From: a virus
Lineage: Duplodnaviria > Caudoviricetes
IMG/VR virus record: IMGVR_UViG_3300030389_004728
Location: 1 to 26,876 of that record
DNA: 26,876 bases
Strand: one strand, 5' to 3'
The notes beneath the pieces are model-generated. The model worked only from the letters and a program-made list of their open reading frames with translations, had not been told where the DNA came from and did no database searches. A program made the position numbers and the translations under genes. Of this stretch, positions 6,127 to 18,100 are shown in pieces (within the stretch, counting starts at the first letter, position 1; each line of letters opens with the position of its first letter).

Positions 6127-9100
6127 ATGATCGGCACATCAACAGCAACAAAAGTAAAAATAACAAATATTCTTGATAGTCAGATACTAGATTTTATTCA
6201 AGAGGAAAATCCTGACTTTAAAGATTTTTTAAACCAATATTATGTTTCGGAAGAGCATGAATTTGGATCAACTTACTTATCTGACAACATATCTTCACTT
6301 AAAGATATTGCCAGCACTTCAAATAACATTTTAAATGTTCGTATTAATAATATTTTAGCTGCTGATCCATCAAGATCTTACGATTCTTCTATTAGTGCTT
6401 TTGATGATGAAATTCCAGTTACGACAACAGAGGGATATCCTGATCAATATGGTCTTTTGAAAATTGATGACGAAATTATAACATATACTGGAAAAACACC
6501 CACATCATTTACTGGATGTATCCGTGGTTTTAGTGCGATATCATCAATTGAAAAATCAGAATACCTTACATTTAGTGATACTGATAGTGCAGAACATTTA
6601 ACAAATCTACAAATCAATGTAGATAATAATGGTAATACAATTGTAGAAGAATATGAAGTAACTGTTGAAAGTAAGGATGAAACACATCCATATTGGCAAT
6701 CTGAATATACATCTGGTGTGAGTCCGAATGGATATCTTTTAGATGGAAATCAAGCACCACCTTTAACTCTTTTACCTGGTCATACGTATCGATTTGATCA
6801 ATCACATATTTCCAATAGTCAACACCCGATAAAGTTTTATCTAGAGGCAGATAAAACTACTCTATATGAAAATGGTGTAACTTATAATGGAACTCCTGGT
6901 GATTCTGGGGCATATACACAAATTGCTGTAGATTATGGCACACCCACAGTTTTATATTATATGTGTACTAATCATGGTTATATGGGTCATGCTGCTCAAG
7001 TTAATCAAGATGGTGGAAGACCTGTTCTAAACTTAAGCAGTATTTTTGTAAATGAGTTCTACAGAAAGCATAAATCTCAATTTTTACCAGGTTTTGAGGG
7101 AAGGAATTTTGTAAATCAGGTTAATGTTGAAAATATTTTAACAAGAGCAAAAGATTTTTACAGATCAAAAGGAACAGACACCTCTTTGGAAATATTATTT
7201 AAAGTTCTTTTTGGTAAAAGTGTAGTTATAGAAAAACCTTTTGAGAATACAATTGGTTCTTCAGACTCTGAGTGGGTAGTAACTGATAATATGATAGTGG
7301 ATGTAATTGAAGGCGATCCATTTAAGTTGATATCAACCAAAATATTTCAGGGAACTTTTGATGATCCAACTGCAGATGGAACTATTTCAAATATTCAAGA
7401 GGTATTTTTAGGGTCAAAGAAATATTATAAACTATCATTTGATAAATCTGCACATTTTGGTTCTTTTAATATCGGTGCAAAAACAAAAGTTACCGAAAGA
7501 TTACCTGGAAGGAACATCACTGGATTGGATTCAGTCACAATCAATGTTGATTCCACAATTGGTTTTTCTGGATCTAACACCTCTGGTGGGTCATTTATAT
7601 ACAAACATGGTAATGAATTTTTAGTTGCAGAGTATCAATCGAAATCGGAAAATCAATTTTTTGAGTGCACTGGTATTGTAGGTGAAGGACTAGCAGAAAA
7701 CAGTGATATTATTGATGATACTATGATTTTTGGATATGAAGATGGTGATCCAGAAAAAGTTTGTACCATGAGAATCACTGGAACATTATCCAAACCATCA
7801 AAAAATGTTGTTAATTCAAAATATGCTTCTGTTGGAGAAAAAATTAGAGTAAATTACCTAGGAGAAAAAAAATCAGGACCTAAATTTGATACTTGGTTAT
7901 ACAATCATTCATCTACTTTTGATATTCAAGGTGTTGAATTTGATGATGAGACAAAGAAAACAAATACTTTTATAACTAAAAATCCTAATAATTTTTTATA
8001 TAAAGGTTGTAAAGTAGATGTTGTTAGATTTGACTGGGCAGGAGTTGGATCAGGAAATACTGTTGGATTCGGTAAAACTGTTGCAGATGATCCTGGATAC
8101 GGTGCTTTTTCAATTATTAAAGAAGATGCTGAAATATTAGATATAGATCCAGAAAACGGTAATATTACAATAAATGGAGAAACTGGTGGTCTAATAGACA
8201 ATAGAAGAATTCATAGAATTAAAAAGAAATTATCTTATGTGGATCCTAGTTTAACTAAAAATGGTTCTAGTGAGGGTGAATTACCAGATAATCTATTAAC
8301 TAACATACAGAATACTTACGTTGATGATGATGGAAATACTTACGTAAGTTTTACAGGATTCCCATCTTATAATTTAGATACAACAAAAAGGTCAATAAAA
8401 TCAGATTCATATGATGCAAATCAAATTTTTATTACCAAAACAGATCATGGTTTTTTAAATGGTGAAGAAGTATTTTTTAATCAAAGTCCAGTAACTAAAA
8501 CTGTAGTAACCAAAGATATAAAAACTACAGTAATTAGACCATCTGGAATAACAACAACTTTACAAGAAAATATTCCACATTCAGAATCTATTTCCTCTGG
8601 GATTGGATTAACCGATAATCAAGGGAATGAAATTCTAGAAAGAAGATATTTTGTGTCAGATCAAGGATCTGATAAAATGAAATTAGCAGTTACTTTAGAT
8701 GCTTTAAACAATAGTAATTTTATAACATTTAATCTTCCACAATCATCATCTGGTGTTTCTACAGGAATAACAACAAGCATTGACATAACAACCGCTTCAA
8801 ATTTAACTCTTCAAGCAAATGATTCTAATAATGTAATTCTATATCCAGATGATGATGGTGTTAGTACAACTGGAGCGTACATAGTAAATTCAGGAACTGG
8901 GTCTGGGAGTACTGGTGGATTTATAATCAATGACAGTGATGGTAATCCTACGACATATTTGAGTTTTGCTGGTGCTAATGCAGCTGATGGATCAAGAAGT
9001 GCAGTTTTGAAGAAAACAAATTCTATGGCATTTGATAAAGTAAAATTATATGCAAAAGTAGGTAACGATGAAAATGGTGGTGAAAAACCAGATGGACTAA

Positions 9101-12100
9101 CAGGTTCAGGTAATGAAAATTTAACACTGCAGTATGTTATCGGTAGTGCTGAATTAACAGTTCCACCAACTGGTGATCCTTTTATTGACATTGGTGCAAT
9201 TATTCCAGAATTAAGTTCTAATCCAGACGATTTGCTTTATAATGATGGATCTTTAAAAACTTTTGAAATTGATCTTCCTTCTGAAGCAAGAAATGAAAAT
9301 ACATTTTTTAGATTAATACAATTTGGAAATAGTGGACCTGGATATGATCACTATGGTGTTCAAAAAATTGAATTTTTAGTCGAAGGTGGAGAGGTAGGAA
9401 TAGCAACTACTACTACAATTGAAACCACTTTTAATAGTGTTTCTAGTGGAATAGTTACTTCTAAATTTACTCCATTCGAATTATATCAAAATACATTAAA
9501 AAATCAAAATAGTTTTAAAAGAATATTAAAAACACCTGAAATTAGACAATCTGAAAATATATTAAATGGTGCAGTAGGTGTTCAATTAAATGGAGTTGAA
9601 ATACATTCTCCCGTTTTAAAAGAATATATCTGTTACGGTCAAATTGATGATGTTGTAATAACAAATCCAGGAAAAAACTATGATGTGGTAAGTCCACCAA
9701 ATATATCAACTATTGATGCGAATGGAAGTGGTGCAAAACTTCATGGTCATTTTTCTGGAAATATCTCGGAAATTGTTGTAACTGATCCTGGATTTAATTA
9801 TGAAGATACACCTTCAGTTACTGTAACAGGTGGAAATATAAAATCTTCTGGAAATCCTGTGGTTGGAAAAGCATATATGAGAGGATCTATACACTCATTT
9901 TCTTTTAATGACTATGTTAATAATACTTATTATGTTATTAAAGAGGATGATGCTATTGTTCATACAGATAGACCTCATAAATTTGAAAATGGTGAAGAAG
10001 TAGTTTATACAACAACAGGAACACCAATTGGGATTGGGTCTACACAAGTTGGTTTTACCACAACTATGTTAACTTCTGGGGCTACTTACTTTATTCGAAA
10101 AAATAGTGATTTTTCTTTCTCTCTAACTATTCGAAAAAGTGATGCAATTGCTGGAATTAATACTATTGACTTAATTCCAGATAATTATACAGATGGCAAT
10201 GGCAATACTATAGAATATCAATACGGTAGTGGATTACATACTTTGACTTCTAGAAAAATTAGAAAAATAATTGATAGAATAAGTATTTCAGATGAAGGGG
10301 GAAAATATCAAAACAGAAAAGTACTCGTAGATTCTACTTACGATGTTAAAGAAAGCACTGATGGAGAAATTGTAACTACAAATGTGGAGAATATTTATCC
10401 ACCACTTGATCCAAAAAATAATTTAACAAGATTTACTGGGATTAACATTTATGATAATTATATTTTTGCAAAAAATCATGGATTTAGTGAAGGAGACTTT
10501 ATAGAATATAAATGTAATAGTTTCGGAGATAGAATTGTTGGATTAAATACGATAACTCAATACAGAGTCAATAAAATTTCCAATGATAAATTTAAACTTG
10601 CTGATATTGGTAATGAAGAAATTAATCATGCAATAGGATGCTCATTTTCAAGAACTTTAAGATTAACTTCTCATACTTATACGGATGGTGCTACTTCATG
10701 GCAAATGGTAGATGATGCCAATACTGATAATGGTTTTGTTGGAATACAATTAAGAAACTTAATTGTTGGTTCAAAATACAAAATATCAATAACAGTCGAT
10801 AAGAATGCAGCATTAGATCCACCAGGAGGTTTTAATCATAGAGTTTTATCTCAAGGAATAGAATCAACAAAAACTATTTTTAGTCATTGGGAAGATGATG
10901 GTACAGGTACTAATACTGCTCCAACTGGAGTCCTTACTGGCGAATTTATTGCTCTTACTGAAAATGAAGATGAATTTATATTTTATGCTAATAATATTAC
11001 AGTTAACGTAAGTAATTTTAAAGTTGAATTGATTGAAAACACTAATTCTAAAAAATATGATGAAAAAATTTATGTGGACTTGGGTAGTGTTGGTGTAGGA
11101 ACACATACTTTTAAATATCAAGATATTACTGTTAACATAAAGGGAAATGTAAACACTGGAGATAGTAGTTTAACAATCCCATCTTACTATAATGCCATTG
11201 CGTATCCAGTGGTTCTTGGATCTTTAGATAATGTGTTTATTCAAAACGGTGGTGGTGGATTTGGAACACAAAGTATTTTTAATTACAATATTTCACCAGA
11301 ATTACAATTAGATAGTGGAAAAGGTGCAGAGTTAAATTTAAACATTAGTAATGGAAAAATATTAAGTGTTGGAATTGGTATTAGCGGTTCTGGTTACACA
11401 TCCCCACCAACATTAAATGTTGTAGGTCTTGGAACTACATCTGGAAAATATGCTAAATTAAGGGCAAATGTTTCAAATGGAAACATAACATCCGTTACTG
11501 TAATTGATGGTGGAAAAGACTATCCAGATAATACTAAAGAAACAGTTGTAAATGTAGTCCCTACAGGAGTTGACTGTAGATTAAAAGCAAATGTACATAA
11601 ATGGAATTTAAATGCAGTAAAGAGATATAAAACTATATTGGGTGATACTACTTTCAAAGATACTACTCAAGTTACTTCTAGAGTAAAATTACAAAATAAA
11701 ATAGTTACATTTTACGCAGGAATAGATTATAGAAAAACTTTAAACGATAACATAACAACAGATAACAATGAACAAAGCGGTGATGCTTTAACTCATTCAC
11801 CCATACTTGGTTGGGCTTATGATGGAAATCCAATATATGGTCCATATGGTTATAAAAATCCTATCAGTGGTGCTAATGAAATTAGTAAAATAAAATCAGG
11901 TTATAGATTAAATGTAATTACAGATCCATCATTAAGACCCCAATCTTCAGAAATGGAAGATGGTTATTTTAGTGAAGATTATCAGTACCAACCTATTGAT
12001 AATACTCATTTAGATAGATTTAATGGTAGATTTGGAATAACTCCTGATTACCCAAATGGAACATATGCTTACTTTGTAACAAAAGTTTCTAATAATTCTG

Positions 12101-15100
12101 AATATCAGTTTCCATACACCACATTAATGCACAAAAACAAAACTGATTCTGTTAATTATGATATAAATTTCCAACAAACTAATGAAATTATAAATTCTGG
12201 TGATTATAAGAGAAATGTATTACCATTAGGATTAGACGAACAATTTAGAGAATATTCTCCTTTACTTGAACCTTTAACGACAAATCATCAATTTAAAGTT
12301 ACTTCTTGTTTACCAGGAAAAATAAATGATATTACAACTTTTGAATCAGGTCAAAATTACAAAGTTGGAGATTCAATTAACTTGAATGATAGTTCTGTAG
12401 ATGCTTTTGTTGGGGAGATATCTGGAAAGGAAATAATAAAAGTTGAATCAGTTGAGTTAACTGTTAATAATTTAAATTTTAGTGTTAAAGATAATATTAT
12501 AACTGCCTCTAGCGACACATTACATAATTTTTCTAATAATGATTTTGTTGATATTTCAGGAATAACATCATCTCTTTACTACGGTATCCAAGGTATTCAA
12601 AAAATAGGGATTGACAGCACAACATCATTTGTATCTGTTGCAATTGCTAATACAGATGGAAGTGGTGGTACAGGATTGTCTACATTTATTAGTTTAGATG
12701 CTCCTGCAAGTAGTGGTAAATTTAAGGTAAATGATGTTATTCAAATTAATAATGAAAAATTACTAATACTTGGATTGGATAAATTTAATAATCAATATGC
12801 AGTTTCAAGGGTGCATGACAATTCAACAGGAAGTGCACATTCTGTTGACAGCACAGTCACAAGACTAGAAAAATCTTTTACCTTTAAAGTTCCTGGTAAA
12901 AAAATAAAAGACACAAATATAGATGAGGAAAAAATAGCTTATATTGATGTTACTAATTCTATTGGAATCGGTGCATCATATACTAGTGTGATAGTTGGAA
13001 CTGCAGGAAGTAGCAATATTACTAAATCAATTCCACCAAGGGCAATTTATATTCCAGATCATAATTTTAAAAATGGAGATAAAGTATCTTTGGTTTCCAT
13101 TGGTGGAACTATTATTGCATCACCTAATGCCTCTTTAACTCCTGATTTTAATTTATCAACATTTAACCCATTATACTGCGTCAAAATTAATAATAATTAT
13201 ATTGGTCTTTCTACACAAAAAGTAGGATTTTTGACATCTTACGTTTATTATAAGAGCGTTGAGACTAATGATTTGTTTGGGAAAAATGTTAAAATTAAAA
13301 CTAATAATAATATATTAACTGGTAATGCAAAAAGAACAAATGGATTAGTCACACTTGGAACGAGTCATAATATTTCTACAAACGATACAATACGTTTGAA
13401 TATTTCTCCAAATAGAACTGAAAAAGTTAAATTTAATTTCAATAAACATTTTCGAGTTTTGACAATAGGTGCTGGAACCACTACCGATCTTGGTATAGTG
13501 CCAACATTGTCAACAATTAAAATTGATAATCATGGACTTGAAACTGGAGATGGTGTTGTCTATGATGTAGGAATAGGTTTAACTCCAGCTGGTGGATTAG
13601 AAATTAACAAAATTTATTATGCTATTAAAATAACAGATGATACTATAAAATTAGCAGAAACATATAAAAAAGCAACTAATTCAAATTACGAATCGATAGG
13701 TATTACAACTTCAGGAATTGATACTATCAATCATACTTTATCAAAAGTTAATCCTAAAATTGAAATAACTAAAGGAAATAAACTTGAAATTGATGTATCT
13801 GATTTTAAAATTGATAATGAACAAACGTTAGATATTAATTTTTATAATTCTAATAATTTTAAAAATAAGATTGGTTCGGATTTTATAGAAAAAGTGGGAG
13901 AAATTGGAGAATCTGGTTCTTTAATTAACATTAAGACGGAAGACACACAATTAGAAAAACTTTATTATAAAGTAGAAAGCAATTTGATATTAGATAATTT
14001 TATAAACACCGATATTAAAGATAATTCATTAATTAATATTGTTCAATCCAAATTTAATAAACTTCAAACAGTTTCTGGAGTCGGAAGCACAACTATAACA
14101 TTCAATTCTACAGTAGGAAGTGCGGAAACAACATCTTATAGTTCTTATGAAACTTCTGGATTTAGCACTGCTACTTATTCTACAAATTCTAGAAATGAAG
14201 AAGGATCAATTAGTAAAATTGATATTATAAATTTTGGAAAAAATACAAATGAAATACCATCGGTTATATCAATTGGAACTACAACTGGAGTTAATGGTGT
14301 AATTTCAATATTGTCAGATAATATTGCAAAAATAGAAGACACAGAAGTTATTTTTCAAGGGTGGGAATTTCCAATTAATAAGTCTTTGAAACCAAAAGCA
14401 GATACCTACGCTGTTTTAGATTTAAAAAATACATTAACGCTGAAATCTATAGGAATTTCTACTGGTGGAATAAATTACACAACACCACCAAAAGTAATCG
14501 GTGTGGGTAATGATAATATAACCACAAAAACAACTATTGATGGAAATTCTGTATCTTTAGTTGATATTATATCAAATGATAGTGGTTTAGAAGAGACTTT
14601 GAAAATTGTACCAACTTTTAACTCAAATGGAGTTGGTGTAATATCTGCAACTTCTTCCAATAAAAATTTAACATTAGATTTGAAAGCACCATTAGGTGGA
14701 TTTACAGGTGGAAATCCATTTTCGGTTGGAGATGAAATTTTTGTAGAAAATGTACAGATAAAACTTATTGAAGAAGGTATAGGAGCAGGAACAACAACTT
14801 TAGCTGGTTACAATTCAAGTGATTATGATTATCAGTTTTTTAAAGTTATAGCTGTGAGTGATGGAAGTGCATCTGCAAACCCTAGTGTTACATATTCCAT
14901 ATCTGGATTGACAACTGCTACTGAAGCTGGAAATTTTGATGGTAGGTATCTATTTGGAAGAGTTATAAAAGCAAGTAATTTGGCAAGTTTTGATCCAGAA
15001 TTTATAAATGTTACATATGTAGATGGTGAAGTAATAACTATCGGTAATGGAAATGCAAGTGCAGTTGTATCCGAAAATGGTTGGAATCCTAAATCTAAAA

Positions 15101-18100
15101 CTTTAAAAGTTACTAATGTGGTAGGAGATATTAGTAAAGGAGATGAAATAATAGGTTCTGTTAATAGTCAAAAAGCAAAAATTAGTGACTTTAATGTGTA
15201 TGATTTTAATCTAGATGTAGACGTTTTTGCAGAATCTTTAGGTTTTTGGAAAAGTGATAAAAATAAACCTAATTTCAACTATGAAAGATTGCATGATAAT
15301 GATTACTATCAAAAATTTTCATATGCATTAAGGAGTGAAGTAGATTTAGATACATGGAAAGAACCAGTCAATAGTTTAGGGCACATAGCTGGATATAAGA
15401 ATTTTTCAGATTATGAAATTGTATCAGATACTTATGTTGGGATTTCCACAAAACCAAAAACAGATATTCTCTTTAAAGTTGAAATTGATAGTTTTGCATC
15501 TGTTCATGAACAATTTGATTATGATTTTGTATCCGAAGAGGAAACTTTAGGAACTGAAATAGCTAGAGAAGTTAATTTCAAAAACAAAAAATTAACTGAT
15601 TACATTGAAGCTAGAACAAATAAAGTTCTAATGATAGATGATATAAGCAACCAGTTTACTGGATTTAGCACAGTAACTGGACAATTAGTTGGATTAACAA
15701 CTTTTGCTATCAAATCAAACGGTAAAAATTTATTACATCAAGTATTCAATCCCACAGATTTGAGTGTTGGTCAAAGTGATATCCTGCTTTTAGATCATGG
15801 TTTTATTGACGGTGAAGAATTGGAATATACTCCAGATACTGGAAGTATTGGAATTGTTACAACAACAGCACCTGGAATTGCTGAAACAAGTATATTACCA
15901 TCAAAAGTTTTTGCTAATGTTAAAAATAATAATATTTTTTCATTAGTAATTAAATCTTCAGAAACTGCTGTTGGATCAGCTGTTACATTTTATAGTGTTA
16001 CTGGAATTGGAACTCAACATACTTTATCTGTAAATTCAAGAGAAGCAAGTATAAGATCTTTAATTACAGTCGATAATGTAATACAAAGTCCTCTTGGTAA
16101 AAAATTAACGGTTCTTGGGTTGTCAACTAGTGTTGGTATTGGATCTACTCAAATTTTCTTAAATGATATATCTAAAGTATCAGGAAATTCTCTTTTAAAA
16201 ATTAATGATGAATTATTATATACTGGTTTAGTTGGAATTGGATTTACTAATTCTGTTAATGTTACTCGTGGATATATGGGAACTGTTGCTGCAGCACATA
16301 CAGTGGGTAATGGTGTCACTGAATTATATGGTGATTATAGAATATCAAAAGGAAATATTTACTTTTCTGATGCACCATATGGACCAGCTGGAATTGGATC
16401 TTTAACTACTAGATCTTCTTTTAGTGGAAGAGTTTTCTTTAGAAAGAATGACATTGCTGAAGGTCGAGTTGCAAGTATGAATAGAATTATTGATGATATA
16501 TCTGATGATTTTGATGGAACAACTAAATTATTTACTATAAGAGAAAATGGTTCACTTCTTCCCGTTGGAATCGATACTTATGGTGGAGCAATACTAGTTA
16601 ATAACATATTCCAAAAACCATTTCTTGGTGATGTTGGATCAATAAGAGCATCTGACTATAGACTTCAAGCTCCTGTTGGAGGTGGTACAACAATACAATT
16701 CCTTGCAAATCCAGATATTGCTAGTGATACAACTGATATTCCGAGGGGTGGAAGAATTAATGAATTTTTAGTTGGCGTTGGATCTGGATATCAAGTTCCA
16801 ACTCGTGCTCTTGCTTATGCTAATATTGGTGCTGGTGGAACAATCGCATCAGTATCAATATCAACTCATGGTCAAGGATACATAAGTTCACCAAGAGTTT
16901 CAATTGGTGTATCCTATGCAAATTATACTCATAAATTTATTGAAGCATTACCTAATTCAATAAGTCCAAATAGTGGTTCCGATAAAACACCTACATTTGC
17001 TGAATATGATTCATTTACTGGAGATTTATTATTAGTAATTCCAAATCACGGTTTGACAACAAGTAATACCATTCAAATTGTAACTAATTCTTTATTCTTT
17101 ACATGCTCAAGAGATGGATACAAAAAAGAAAAATCATATCCAAGAACAACTGATCCAGCGTACAATGCTAATCTTAATATTGAAAGTGCAACAACAAATA
17201 CAATTATAGTGAATGTAGGTGCTGGTGCTGGAGTTGGTGCTGCGTTTACTTCAGTGGTAAGTGCAGCAGGTACAATAACAGCAATTAACGTTGTCAATCC
17301 AGGAACTGGTTATACTGCAACAAAGGATAATCCATTCATCATAATAGATGAACCTACTCCATATAAAGATATGCCTTTAATTGGAGGAAGTGGTTCTGGT
17401 GCAAAAATGGATGTTGTTGTTGGAACTGGTGGAAGTATAATTGATTTTAATATTGCTGATCGTGGAACTGGATATGAAATAGGAGATAATCTATCCCTTC
17501 ATGGTTTACCAGTTCAAGTTGGAATAGGAACGAGTGCGTTTAATATTACAGTTAAGAGTAGATATCAAGATAAATTCTCTGGATTTACTTTTGGTGAGTT
17601 GATTGAAATAGATGATTTTAGTCAGTTCTTTAATGGATTTAAGAGAACATTTTTACTTACTAGAACAAAAGAAGAAAAAGAGTATTTCAGTATTGTTGCC
17701 AAAGAAGGTTCTGGTATTATTCTACAAAATAATCTTTTAGTTTTTGTAAATGATATTTTGCAGAAACCAGGAATTGATTATGAATTTGAAGGAGGAACTA
17801 GATTTAAATTTACAGAAGCACCAAAAGCAGGAAGTAATTTTAAATTATATTTCTATAAAGGGTCTGAAACAGATGTAGAAGTAATTGAGGTTGATGAAAC
17901 AATTAAACCAGGTGATACATTAACATTAGATAAATTTGTTGAAGGAAAACGTGTTAATGATCCATCAACTCCAGACCTTGATGAAGGTCAACTAGACTTC
18001 TTCCAATATCCAGTTCAAGATCCGAGAGTTATATACGAAATAACTTCTGCAACTGTTGTTGATACCCAAACTTATACAGGACCTGGAATATCAGATGATG

